DNA from: Geosiphon pyriformis uo1
Lineage: Eukaryota > Fungi > Glomeromycota
Direction: 5' to 3'
NCBI GenBank assembly: GCA_016748015.1
Contig: JAAOMT010000128.1
Location: 2,669,913 to 2,733,912, forward strand
DNA length: 64,000 nt
Both the position numbers and the translations under genes were made by a program. Within the stretch, counting starts at the first letter, position 1. The number at the start of each line of letters is the position of its first letter. The notes beneath the pieces were generated by a model. The model ran no database searches. It saw nothing but the letters and a program-made list of their open reading frames with translations, and was not told where the DNA came from. Shown here piece by piece: positions 1 to 13,231 of this stretch.

Positions 1-413
1 GCTCATGCTTATGTAGTTAGATTGTTCTTTTCCACAAATTGTTTAAGTTATTGTAATATTTCTGGGTTAAATAATCACTTTGTTTTGTCCATATATAAGT
101 TCTGAATATTCAGATATTATCCCAAATGAAAATAGCAAAAGTTTCTTGGAAATTGTTGTGTCCATCAATTCCATGTTTCTATAATCAACTCTTAATATTG
201 GATGACTTTTGGTTGTGCTTCTATTGCCAATTTCATCTTTGTGATTATTTTGTCAATAGTGTTTTCTGTTTTTCTCTATATTTTATTTCATGTTCTCTTT
301 CTGGTGTTTTTGTATCTAATGATTTGTTAATTAATTGTAATTTCCATCTCTTGTTGTTGTATTAGTTGAAAGAATTGTTGTGTTAATAAATGGATATTGT
401 CAGTAATTTCTAT
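1..413 (-). pseudogene. Element A ORF3, unknown accessory protein, truncated by the window edge
   Basis: Manual translation IEITDNIHLLTQQFFQLIQQQEMEITINN...WTQQFPRNFCYFHLG*YLNIQNLYMDKTK*LFNPEILQ*LKQFVEKN aligns with ORF3 of B and C. Stops are TAA/TGA as expected from C>T; one frameshift. Confidence 0.75.
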
Positions 414-464
414 TTTTTGATGTTTTTTGTTGCATTTATTATGTTTTTATATTCTTTTAGTTGT

Positions 465-1847
465 TCAATTTGACATGTTGGTGTCAATGATAATAATTGG
501 TTCTAGATTTCATAAAATCTCATCTGGTTGGACTAGTATTCTCTGTACTCTTAATTGTGAAATATTACTGGTGGATGATAATACTATATAGTGATATGGT
601 TTTAGTTAATCATCATGTACTGCTTTGATTAAGATTTTGTTGTTTAACCTTAATTTATAAGCTCTATTTCTTAAAATTTCTTTTATGTAAAATGGTCTGT
701 TCTATTTGGGGTCAAATTTTCTACTCCATTGTTTTTCTGCTTTGGTATGATGTAAAAGTACTTTGTCTTCAATCTTGAATTTAACTGGTTTATCTGGTAG
801 TTGGTTATTGTGTCTTTTTTTTTGTTTTTTTTGTAACTTTTGAATGTTATCAGCTGCTTTTCATTGTTTGTTTTTTAGAGTTTTCATCAAGTCATATGTT
901 CTTTTCAACAATGTTTCTTACAAATTGTCTTTGGTTATTGGTTTTATTGGATATGTGTTGACTTCTATTTTAACTAATAATGTTGCTGTTCTACCATATA
1001 TTAATTCAAATAGTGTTGCTTGTATAGTGTCTTGCTTCATTGTCCAATAAGCAAATAATACTAATAGTATAAACAAATCTCATTTGTCTTAATTTTCTTG
1101 GCTGATTTTGGCAATTGTTTTACACAATATTCTATTGAATTTCTCGAATAATCTGTTGGTTTGTGGATGATATGATGATAATAATGGTCTTTTTATTCTA
1201 AATCTTTGACTTAATTCTACTAATGTTTTATTTACAAAGTGAGTTTTTTGGTCAGATAGTAATTCTTTTGGGCATCCGTGTCAACAAATCAAATCTTAAT
1301 AAACAAATTTGGCAATGGATTCTGCATCTGTTCTTTGAATGGCTTTTGCTTCTGGCCATTTAGTAAGATAATCTATGGCTACTGCAATATATCTGTTGCC
1401 TTTGCTGGTTATGGTTAATGATCCGACTAAGTCAATTCCAATGTGATCAAATGGTTGTCTTACTTTGATTGGTCTTAATGGTTCACTGGATCTTGTTCCT
1501 TTTTTTCTCTGACAAGCATCACAATTTTGAATGTATTAGATGATATCTGAATACATAGATGACCAATAGTATCTTTTTCTAGTTTTTTTTATGATTGCTT
1601 TTTTATAAAAATGTTCTGTTATTGAGTTTGAGTACATATTGAATAATATTGTTTCTTTTTCAGGTTCTGTAATTACTCTAGTTGGTTAATCTGGATTTTT
1701 TCTGTTTTTTCAATAAAGTATATCTTGGTAAATAATAAAGTATTTGGATTGTTGTTTAATATGGCTTCATTTTTTTGGAGATAATTTCTCCTTGAACTGT
1801 TGGGTATTAATATAGTATTAGAGTTGTTAATATTTTTGTATATTCAT
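465..1847 (-). pseudogene. Element A integrase, separate ORF
   Basis: ATG at 1847 follows the RNase H stop at 1878-1880. HHCC zinc finger, DDE core (IGIDL, DYLTKWPEA) and GPF/Y region. 1383 nt, the same length as in C. Confidence 0.85.
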
Positions 1848-1877
1848 CTTTTGTTATATTTTTGGGTTGAAATGTTT

Positions 1878-4800
1878 TTAGATTTGTCTCATTTATGATA
1901 AGCCATCAGCATTTCCATTTTTTTTCTTTTTTATAATGTACTATATAATTAAATGGTAAAAGTTTTATTTTCTATCTAGCATGACAATTATATTCAAATT
2001 TTTACTTCTGGATTGAAATCAGTTTTTTATGATTAGTGTATATGGCAAATTTTTGATTCAAGTATTTTTTCCATTTCATGACTGCTCAATAGATTGCTAA
2101 ATGTTCTAGTGCTGAAGTTCTATAGTTCCTTTCAGTTGGACTTAAGTTTTTGCTGGTGTAAGCTACTGGATGTTCTTGTTTATCCAGTTTTTTCTAAAAT
2201 AGTATAGCTCCTAATGCTTGACCAGATACATTAGTGATAATGATGAATAGTTTGCTATAATCTAGATAAATTAATATTGGGGCTTATATAAATTTTTTTT
2301 TCAGTGTGTCAAAGGCTTTTTGTTGAGTTTTAATCTATTTGTATTTGGTGTTCTTTGTTTGGAGTTGGTGTAGTGATTGAGTTATTTTAGAAAAGTTTTT
2401 GATAAAATGGCAGTAGTATTTAGTAAATCTCAAGAATGCTCTTAATTTTATAAGATTATTTGGTACTAGAAAGTTCTTAACAATCTCAATTTTATCTGGA
2501 TCTGTTTTGATACCATCTTTGCTTACAACATGCCCCAAAAACTTGAGTTCAGTTTTTTCAAAGAAACAATTGTTTGTATTTAATTTTAATTCGACTCTTC
2601 TTAGTCTTTTAAATACTTGTTGAAGATGGTGCAAATGATCATTGAATGTCTTAAAAAACATGTTGGTGTCATTTAGATATATGACTACTAATTTTTATAG
2701 CAGTTCAGTATAGATAATTTTCATGAACTGTTGAAATATTGCTGGAGCATTCATCAAGTCAAATGGCATTACTTCAAACTTAAAATTTTTTTCTTGGATT
2801 GTAAAAGCCATTTTTTCTTTATCTTTTGGTTTTATGGCTATTTGCCAATAACTATTGTCTAAGTTTAAATTTGAGAACCATTTTTTTCCTCCAAAAGCAT
2901 CAAAAAGTTCTTGGATCTTTGGAGTTAGATAACTATTTCTTTTTGTTACTTTATTAAGTTTTCAGTAATTCACACAAAAATGAATTTTTCCATTCTTTTT
3001 ATGAACTAGTACTATTGGTAATAATCATAGACTTATTGATGACTGAATTAGCCTATTGTCTAGCATTCAATTGATTTCCTGTTAGATAATTTCATAACTG
3101 GCTGGTGGTACTTGGTATGCTCTTTGCTTAATTGGCATTGCATCTCCAGTTTTTATCTGATGTTAAATAATATCCATTCTGCCAAATTTGTTCTTGCTGG
3201 CAAAGATGTCATTGAAATTGTTCAGTAATATTTTAAGCTGTATATGTTGTAGTGGATCTAAATTTTCTAAGTTTATCTGTTCCAATTGTTCTGGTTGGAG
3301 TAGATAACATTTTTCTCATCTGTATATTGTTTATAATGTGATATCTATATATTTATACAGTTGTAGAAAGTCTGAAATAGTGTTTGGTAATTGTTTTTCA
3401 ACTTCAGTGTTTAAATATTCAATGGTAGTTCTTTTTGGTATTTTTATAACATCTCTTGTTGTGTTATAGATAGAGATTTTAATATGTTTCAGACTTTTGG
3501 CTGGTATGTAAAGATTTGTAAGTCCAATCTTACTTGATTTACACATAATAATTTCTGCTTCAAAAATCTGAGCTTGATCCTTTACTCTTTTTTTTATGGC
3601 TAACATGTACTGGTTATATGGTGAAATAGAAATTGATTAACAGGTGAAGATAATTTCTCCCTTGTTAATAACTTCTTTCTCTGTTATATTGACTGGTACA
3701 TCTATTCTACTCATGGATCCGAATTCACTAATCTTTCTTGCTGTTATTCTTAATTTCTCCCTTTTTTCTACTAACACTAATTGAGCTATCTTAACTAGAG
3801 GCAGAAATATTGCCTGTGCTATTTTTTTATTTGGCTCTATAATGTAAATCTTTTCTGAATCATTTTGTAGTATTGTAATAATATTTCCTACATATTTTGC
3901 ATCAATTATTCCTTCTCTTATATTAATCTTCTTTTCCACTAGACTACTTCTTGATGCTAATTGAATCATTATTGTTGCTGGTATTTCTAGTGCTATTTTA
4001 AAATCAATACTTGTGCACAAATGGAGTTCCAATTTAATGGCATTCTTTCTTGGATATCTTAGATCAAACTTAGCATTGGTATTATGCATATGTTCTGGCA
4101 TAATACCTTCATTATTATTGCTGAACCATTTAAGTTCCTGCTTTTTGGTGAGATCAAAAAGCATGATATATTGTTCTAGATTTAAATTAGAGTTTAAATT
4201 ACTGTTATTTTTATTGCCATTTTGAATAGAGCTGGAACCATTATTTTTGTTGTCATCATTGTCAGAGTTTGAATTAAGATTGAATGGTGATTCTGATTCT
4301 AATATGCAGCTGCTAATTAGTTTTTCTTTCTCTGGAATTGTGTAGATTATATGTGATAGTAGATTGTAAATAAGATCACACTCATTACAATATTGAAAAT
4401 TACATGGAATTAAACAGTAGTCACATAATTGAGTGTTGATTTCTTCCAAACATTGTTCCTGTTTTTCTCTTGTTAGTGCCAAGTGTTGATAGTGCTTGTG
4501 AAATTTTTTGGGATTGTTCTCAACATTGCCAAAGACATCAAAAGTTGGGATGTATTCGAATTCAGAAAGGGATAATAAGTTGTTTTTAATTTCCAGTAGT
4601 TTACTGAAAGTGGTGCCTTCTACTTTTGCACTTGCTATTCTTCAGATCTCATGTTCATTATGGAGATATCCTTCCAATTGTCACAACACTTTTTTTCACA
4701 CATTGTCAATTGAAGTTTTTTTTGTATTCAGTTATTTATTAAGATAGTATATTAGCATGTTTCATCACATGTTTCTCTATGCTCAAAAATGTTATTCTAT

Positions 4801-7800
4801 ATTTCTTCATCAGGCAAAATGGTTCTACAGATAAGACAAGGTTTGTTATCTCATTTTTTTTGTCTTTTGGATCATCTAAATCATTTGAGGATACAAGGAT
4901 GACAATAAAATTTGATTGCCATTGGGTATTTTTCATTTTTATCACAGCATACACTTATTGATAACAATTTTTTGTCACAATTAATGCACACCAGTTTCAG
5001 TTGGCAATAGTTAGATGGTTGTGGTGGGGTATAGGTGTATGGAGTATAAGTTGTAGTGATTGCTGGTGCTGGCTCTTCTTTTTTTCTTTTTTCTTTTTCT
5101 TTTTTGGTTTCTTCCTCTTTACAAATTGATGTCAGCTTGTTCTGATTGTTGTCAGTCCATAATTTTTGATTGTCATTTTAGGTAAGTTCCTCTTTTTGTT
5201 TTCTCTTTTCCTTGTTGTTTCATGAAAGTATAGATGGTAGTTCATTGTGCTTGCCATTGGCTCATAAGACTTAATAGGCTTTTCAGATAGGTTTTTTTTT
5301 TCTTCTTTGAATTCTATGAGTGGTGTTGATGTTGTGTTTATCCAAAAGTGGCTGCACATGGCTGGTACACATGTATGCTAACTGTTCTGACTGAGTTGGA
5401 GCTCTTGTGTGATCCAGTTAAGTATTGTATTGGTTTTAGACAACCAATTATTACCAACTTGTGCTTGGTATTGTATTGCTTCCATTACCAAAACTTTAAT
5501 GGGAGCAATAATGCTATTGATTTCAAATAAAAAGTCATCAATTTCACTAATTGGAGTTTTGGTGGCCCCATTAGCTGTAATTATTCTGGTGCTGGCAGCA
5601 CAATCAACTTGGCAACCTAATTGGTTCATGAGTTGTCAGGTAATTATGCTGCCAGCTAATCTACTGTCTAAAATCAATTTGATAGAGTGGTCATCAACTT
5701 TGGCATTAGTGTACATTGCAGTGATAAGTCTGTTGTTAAGAGTGGCTCCACTAAATAATAGAACTAGGACAGTTTCTTTGAATTCAAAAAAAAATATGGT
5801 GGTAAAAGTTTCATCTTTGGTGCTGGTTGTGAATAGAATGTTGTTAGTAAGGGCTGCTTTTTGTGGGTTTTCTGGTTGTAGGGTAAGGCATTTTCTGGGG
5901 TGACTAAGAGACTTAAGTAGTGTTAAAAATTCAGGTTTTGGGTGTATCTGGTTCCTGAATTCTACTGGTATAATCTTAATAACTGGTTTGTTAAGCTGAG
6001 AATTGGTTGGTGAACAACTATCACTGATCTTTAGTTTTGAGTAATCTTAGATTTGGGATTTCCTAATGTCATCTGAGCTGAGTTTGGTGGCAGTGTTAGA
6101 ATTTGTTGGGGTTGATATATTATTTGTGGCTGTAATTGATAAATAACTGGTGCTAAAGTTTAATAAATAAGTGGTTGATAGATTAGTGGCTACATCACTA
6201 GTAGGTAATTCAGTTGATATAGTTCTGGATTGGGTTAATATCTTGGAGTTTGAAACTGACAATTAGAATTTTGATATTGATTTTTTAATCATTGGTTATC
6301 TATTTTTAACCTGTAGTCAATTCTTAAATGTTCTTGTTTACCACAATAATAGCAAACACACATTTTCTATTGCTATTGCTAATTGGTCAATAGTGATAAA
6401 TGCAGCTGATTTTGGAAATAATTCATGTTTTTTTGATTATTGCATTACTATGAAGATTGATAAATTGTCTGATTGCTAGTTAAGTATCTCTTTAATTTTT
6501 GATTAATAGAATTACTGAATTGTTTCAACTTAGAATCCAATTCAGATGATCTATTCATCACTAGATTGACAGCTTGGACATGATTGGCTTTGAGTTTGGC
6601 TGATTCAAAGTCTCTGGCATAGATGATGGTGGCTTGAAGATCAACTGAATATAATAGATATATGTATTAGGGAATGCTACTGTGTAGTCCATGGATAAAC
6701 TGATTCAGGATCTGGACCACTATGAAATAGTTAACATTGATGGCTTGAATTTGGCACAGATTTCTGTGGAAGCATTCTAGGTATGTAATGACTGCTTTAC
6801 TTTCTCCTTGCTTAATAGTGGTAAAGGTATTTGCTAAGTGGTTAATACTATTATTGTTACTGAAATATCTCATAAATTCCAGTTTGAATTCTTGGAAAGT
6901 TTGTGATTTAGCAGCTAAACTCTGGTACCATAAATTGGCAGTATCTTGAAAAAAATAAGAAATTGTTTAAAGGGTTCTGTTGTTGTTTCATTTATTGGCT
7001 GTGATAACTTTTTCTATGTCATTGAGTCATACTTGGGCATCGTCCTCCTTGCCAGTAAATTTCTCAATTTTAGTAATGGGTGTGTATGCCATTAGTTGTT
7101 GTTATAACAATTGTTGGAGTAGTTGTTGTGATTGTTATTGAAGTGGTACTTGTGGCTATTGAATTGGTTCAGTAATTGATTCAATTGGTGGCTGATTGAT
7201 CATGATTACTGAAAGTAAATGTTGCTGATTAATTATGTCAGGGTTTAGATCATTCTGATTTTTCAAAGTTTGAATATTCAGAGTTTGATTTTCTGGATTT
7301 TCTGAGATTAGGTTTTGGTAATTAAATTTCTAATTTTCATTTTTTTTTTCTGATTCCATCACTTCCCAAGGACTCACAGTTCCAAAATTTGGTTGAAGTG
7401 GTGGTGATTAAAATCTTAATGGTGTCAGTGATTGTGATTTAAATCTTTTAAAATAGTTACCATATGTTCTCAATAATTCTGCTTTTTTTTGTTTACTTTA
7501 AAATAAAAGTTGGACTAATGATAATTTTGCATTTAAAATAGACATGTCTGGTAATGAAATGTTGATAGTGCTTTTAGGTGTATAGTAATATGATAAGTTG
7601 GTTAGAAATTCTATTTTTGTTTTTTTCTAAGTAGGTGGTTGTATTTTTTGAAGTGTTACTGCTAGTGTTTGTAGTTTTTTTTTGCCTTTGTTTGCATAGA
7701 TAATTGGATATTTTTGTTAAGTGTGATGTTCAATTTCTCTATTGATTTCAGTAAAGATTGCTGTGAAATTATGATTTGCTGGTAGGCTGGTATTTTGAAT

Positions 7801-8004
7801 TAATTTATTGTAAAAATTTTCTTTTGTGAAGTTAGTTTCTACTGTTACTCCTAGCAAATATGAGATTCTCTTATTGATGTAGAAATTAAAAACTGATTCT
7901 GCTGATAGGTGATTGTTGGTTAATCCCAAGTGTTGACAGTAATGTTGGAATAAGAATTTGGCAAATTCTAAATGGTTTGTCCCTATTCTTTCTGATTCTG
8001 TCAC
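1878..8004 (-). pseudogene. Element A gag-protease-Cys-rich-dUTPase-RT-RNase H polyprotein, disrupted
   Basis: ORF fragments 7717-8004 and 6667-6873 (gag), 5378-5629 (aspartic protease), 3637-4482 (Cys-rich plus dUTPase), 2335-2661 (RT, LKFLGHVVS). Confidence 0.9.
3700..4110 (-). pseudogene. dUTPase domain in element A
   Basis: Degenerate trimeric dUTPase motifs AKFDL, SRSSL, GIIDAKYVG, IAQAIF and EFGS. Confidence 0.85.
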
Positions 8005-8050
8005 TTTTGGATGGTTGTTTGTTAGTGCTGGTTTTCTGTAGAATTATATT

Positions 8051-8065
8051 TCACAGGGAGCACCA
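8051..8065 (-). promoter_or_regulatory. Primer-binding site of A
   Basis: TGGTGCTCCCTGTGA, 2 nt inside the LTR end, complementary to a tRNA 3' end ...GGGAGCACCA. Identical to the PBS of C. The tRNA (elongator Met or Ile-like) was not determined. Confidence 0.85.
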
Positions 8066-8067
8066 AA

Positions 8068-8911
8068 TGTTATAGGTAATTATTTGGAATTTCAAATCAA
8101 ATAACAAACCCATAATTTGGTGCTTAATGGCTAATTTTGTTGTTAATATTTGAGAGTTGTTTGTATCTGAAGGTTTTGGTTGAGTCTTTTGTATAATAAA
8201 TAGAGATTCAATAATTGTTTTTTAGTAGTTTCTTAGAATTACAATTCCGTCAAATTTTTTTCTCAACATGGTGGCTAGTAATCCTCTTGGTAAGCTATCT
8301 TCAAATCTATGAGTTCTCTACCCTTGTTTTATGGGTCTTTTACCAGTCCCTATGACATCTGTAACTTAATGCTTAATCTTTAATTAATTAGTCAACAACA
8401 AAAAATAACAAAATAAAAAAAATAAAAAAAAATAAAAAAAATAAGCCAAGATAACAAATATTAGTATCCCATCAATAGCCATAATCAAGAGCTATTATTT
8501 CAGTATAGTTAGATATTAATTATTATTACCATAAAATGTTGATAATGGAAAGTGAATTGAAATAACAAATAATTATTTATTGATATTTGTAATGTGAAAA
8601 ATTGCTTAAATAAAATCTAAACTAAGAGATCTGTCTTTTTTACTTCTAATGCTATTGCTATATATACATAATTGAGATTTCTCAATTCCTCAATTTTTCA
8701 CATCAGAAATTCTGAAATTTCTAAAATCTTGTAATTTCTTTGAAAAGAATTCTGGAATTTTGGAATCCTGCAATTTCTCATACAAGAATCCTAAAATTTC
8801 TGGAATTCTGCAATTCCTCTAAGAGGAATCCTAGAATTTCATATTTTACTACATCTATCTCTGATTGGCTAATTTATATACTAATATTCTTTCTATATTC
8901 TATGAGTAACA
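8068..8911 (-). repeat. 5' LTR of A (844 bp)
   Basis: Minus strand begins TGTTACTCATA and ends ...ATAACA. CCAAT, TATA and R-U5 regions are homologous to the LTR of C. Confidence 0.88.
8706..8850. repeat. U3 tandem array of LTR A (~40-bp unit, ~3.5 copies, GGAAT(C/T)C(C/T)-type submotifs)
   Basis: Units such as gaattctggaattttggaatcctgcaatttctcatacaa and gaatcctaaaatttctggaattctgcaattcctctaagag. Confidence 0.75.
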
Positions 8912-9687
8912 ACAGTAAAATTGCTTAAAATATGCAAAAATTTACAAATTTTGTAATAATTTACTAAAATATAAAAAGAATTTGCTAAAATTTATAATTA
9001 ACTCTAAGAAATTTATAGAAATAATTAAAAAAAAAGTGCTAGAACTAGAAATAATATTATTTAAAGATGTATAAAAAAAGATATCTTAATATTTAATAGT
9101 CTTAAAATTAGATAACAAGTTATAAATCAAACAAAAATTCTTAAATATTTTTTTGAAATTTTATTTCAATTGAAACTAATACTTTGAAATTGACTAGCTA
9201 TTAATTTCAATATTTATTTAGTTTTTTCTTCAGATTTAAGCAGAATTTATGCAATAAAATCTTTTTTAATTTATTACAAATTATTAAAAACTTATAATTA
9301 GCAAAATATTATAGAAAAGTTGATTTTTACAACAAAATGATTGTATAATTAATTAAAAAAGTTTATAATAAAAAAATTCTATAAGAATTGATTTTTAATA
9401 CAAAATAATTATAAAAAATAATTAATACAGAATTAGTTATTTAATTATAAGCTCAATAAATAGTTTTCAAAATATAAAAAATACTTTAAAAAAAATTTAT
9501 TAGCTTATTAAAAATTTTATTACTAATATACTAACATTAAAACAACAAAAAAAATAAAAAAAATCTTTAATAATAGTACTCAAAACAACCAAAAAAATAG
9601 AATAAAATATTTTGTTTTATTTATAATGAAATTTTTCCAATAAAAAACTCTAAAATAACATTTCAAAATAAAAAAATATATGTAACA
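8912..9687 (+). repeat. Highly decayed LTR fragment related to the solo-LTR/D family; element A inserted into it
   Basis: Patches resemble the solo LTR (tttgaaattgactagcta vs tttgaaattgattagcta; aaagttgatttttacaacaaaa vs agagttgactttcacagcaaaa). Ends in tgtaaca. Confidence 0.5.
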
Positions 9688-9725
9688 AAATATGCCAATA
9701 TATAATTCTTATTAATTATTAATAG

Positions 9726-10699
9726 TATTATCAGAAATTTTTGGGCTTTTTATCTGACTGTTATTGCTTTCACTTTGCTATTAATTCTTAATTATTAAAA
9801 ACTATTAAATCTCTAATAATTAAAATTTTCTTTAAATTATAGAAAATAATTTGAACTATTGTACTTATAAATAGAATAACTAATTCTATCCCAGTTACTT
9901 ATATAGTTACTTTATAATAAAAATCAACTTTTTTTCAGAAAATACTTGTTTAAAAGCTCATTAAAAAGGTATAGTTATTTTGTTGTAAAAATTAACTCTT
10001 TTACAGAAATTTTATTTGTAAGTTATTTTAATATATATAATAAAAAATATAAAAAAATATAAAAAAAATATAAAAAAAAAAGAATTTTATTAAGAAAATT
10101 GTCTTCTGTTTAAGTTTGGAATTACTAACAATTTACTAAAATTAATAACTATTTAATTTTAAAATATTAGTTAGAATTCAGAGAATTTTAAGTAAAAATA
10201 CTTTATAAATTTTGTTGTTTTTAATGTACTTTTTATTGGAGTAATTTGTATAGATATTAAGAAAAATATTTCTAATAAAGGTAATTCTAGTTAAAATATA
10301 TTTTTTCAAAGAAAAAAGCTCTTTTTTTATACAATTTATTGTAATATTAGTCTATAAATTTGTATTTTTCTCTTTGCTATTATTTTGATGAATTAAAGAT
10401 ATATTTTAGCAAACTACAAATTATTTTTATGGACTATTAACTATTTTGGTAAACTATTAAATTATTTTATAAATTCTACAAATTTTAACAAATTCTTAAA
10501 TATTATAGAGTTTAAGATATTGTATAATTTGATTATTGTATTTGTGTATTTGTACAAATTAGATTATTAATTAAATAGTAATTTAAATAATTTAATAAGA
10601 TAATAAATAATAAATTAAATAATAATATATATTAATTAATAATAAAAATTATAAGAATAATTTTATAATAATTAATATTTCAAATTTTTACTAATAATA
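9726..10699 (-). repeat. 3' LTR of D, same family as the solo LTR at 39146-40084
   Basis: Reverse complement aligns along its length with 39146-40084 (e.g. aactcttttacagaaat, aagctc...ttatacaa, tgtacaaatt). Confidence 0.75.
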
Positions 10700-10719
10700 T
10701 AATTTTTTTTTCAAGATTA

Positions 10720-10945
10720 AGTTTTATAAAAGTCTAAATATTATCTGTAATATCTAGATAATAATCCAGTATTATCAAAGTAATTTGGTCTAAAAATTGT
10801 TAAAATTTCAGGTCTGTAAGCTTATTAATATATTGTATTTTTATTGGTTAAAGTATTAAATTTTGTAAAACATTTTTGCAAGTATTAAATAGGTTATAAA
10901 ATTTAAATACTGCTTTAAGTTTATAGCATGTATTTGTTAATCTAG
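10720..10945 (-). pseudogene. Element D ORF3 C-terminal relic
   Basis: LKAVFKFYNLFNTCKNVLQN...INKLTDLKF*QFLDQIT..ILDYYLDI aligns with B ORF3 IKAVYRIFKAFKNCHKVLL...IGQLTNLQFQNLQQQINNTVLDYYSNI. Confidence 0.6.
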
Positions 10946-13231
10946 CTGTTATTTTAAATTTATAATATTTTTAAAAATACTTCTTAAATTAATTACATTA
11001 AAAAAAACTATAACTTTAATAGTAAATAATTTTCAGAATTATCACTCTTATAAAAGAAACACAAGAAATTATTTTGGAATTTACTTATTAAATCTTTTGA
11101 AACAAGCTTTAAAAAAAACTTATTATTTATTCTTATGAATATTCTTTTAAATATCATAATACAACAAAAACTTTAACTGTATCTTAACAAAAGCAGTAAA
11201 TATATCTTTATTTATTGATATTTTTAAATCAAAAAACAGTATATCAATAGAAACTAGAACTTAATACAACTAATCTTATATTAAAAGTTATATAAAAACA
11301 AAGTTAATATTAATTTTAAAATATTTGTTGAATGTTTCAGAAAATAATTATTATAATTTATAAAAAATACTAAATTTTTGTGAAAAAAAATAAAATTTTT
11401 TGGGTATAAAATTTTTTTTATATATTTTTAAATTGAGTATTTTTTGCAATAATTTTTTTATTTTTGTTTAATGTTTTTGTATTATTTTTAAAAGGAAATA
11501 CTAAATAAATAATTTAAATGTTCAGATTTAATTGTTGTTTTATTATAACTATTGGTTCTAAATTTCGAAAAATATTTTTTGAGTTAATTAAAAAAGAATG
11601 TATACTAATTTGTAAAATTAATAGTTTTGGATTAGTTTTAAAATAATAATGTTTTAATTGATTTTTATGTACAAATTTTGCTAATATTTTGTTATTAAGT
11701 CTTAACTTATATAATCTATTTCTTAAGACTTCATAAATATAAAATGGTTTATTCTATTTATAATCAAATTTTTTACTTTACTGTTTTTTGGCTTTAGTTT
11801 TGTATAAGAAAACTTTATTTTCAACTTTAAATTTATTAATAACAAATGGCAATTTATTATTATGCTATTTTTTTTGTTGAGTTTAAGAGTGTTTAATATA
11901 AGTGGCTATAATTTGTTTTTGTTTTTTAGTATGTTAAAAAGAGTATAAGCTCTTTGTTAAAATGTTTTTTGGATGTTTTTTTTAATAATTGGTTGTACTA
12001 GATATGTTTTTACAGTAGAATTAATTGGTAATATTGTTGTTTTTTTGTAGATCAAATTGAATAGTATGTATTTTATTATATCTTGTTTTAGTGTTTTATA
12101 TGCTAATAATACTAATAGAATAAAAATATCTTATTTCTATTCAAAATTGGTTGAGACTTTGATTAATAATTTATATAATATTTAATTAAATTGTTTTATT
12201 AATTTATTTGTTTATAGATAATAAAATAATGATAAAAATTGTTTAATATTAAATTGTTCACAAATTTTTTGTATCTGATTGTTTACAAAATATGTTCTGA
12301 TTAAATAAAAGTTCACTTAAGTATTTATGTCTACAAATAATGTTTTTGTAAATAAAATTTACTATTGACTTTACATCTGCTCTATAAATAACTCTGGTTT
12401 TAAGCTATTTAGGAAAATAATTTACTATAACTATAATATAATAATTTTTTTGAATTGTAATAAATAGTAGTTCAACTAAATTAATACCAACTTTATTAAA
12501 AGATTGTCTAATTTTAATTGGATTTAAAGATTTTGTGAAGTAAGTTTCTCTTTTTTTTTAACAACTATTATATAATTTTATATATTATTAGATATTTTTT
12601 TGTATATAAAACCAAAAATAATATTCAAGTGTTTTTTAAATTATATTATCTTTTTTTAGATATGTTAATAAGAAGTCTGTATATATATTGTAAAGAATAG
12701 TTTTTTTTTATTTTATTAAACTAGTTTAAATAAGTTGTTTGGATTTTGGCAATTTCTATAATAAATTTTGTTATAGTATAAGAAATATTGTTTTGCTTAG
12801 TATTGTAATCAGTGTTTTTTACTTAAAAACCAATTTTCTGACATAATAAGAATTTTTGAATAGTTTTTGATATTGTTGTAATTTTTAGAATTTTTGTTTG
12901 TTAATTATTATTGTTAAGTTAATAGATTGTTAATGTTAATTTTAATCTTGTCTTATTTTTAAAAAACTATTTATATTAGTATGTAATTTTTTTGGTTTAT
13001 AGTAAATAATATATTTGTAATTGGCTAAAAAATTAGTTTATTAAAATTATTTTGTATTAAGTTGTGAATTTTTTTTTCTAAGTCATTTAAGACCAATATT
13101 ATCAATAATAATGTCAAATTTTTTTTTCTTTATAGATATTATTAAAAGTATTTAAGAATTCAGATAATAGCTGTTGCTTTTAATTTGGTAGATTCATATT
13201 TTTTTTCAATGAGTTTAAGAATTCTGCTAAT

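Larger units (their letters stand above)
1..8911 (-). mobile_element. Ty3/Gypsy LTR retrotransposon A, decayed; 3' end lies outside the window
   Basis: Minus-strand order gag, protease, dUTPase, RT, RNase H, integrase. 5' LTR 8068-8911 (TG...CA) is followed by a PBS. Collinear with and highly similar to element C. Confidence 0.95.

Noticed and set aside
8912-10699. Large inverted repeat or foldback element
   Set aside because: It is explained by two independent, oppositely oriented and highly diverged LTRs of related families.
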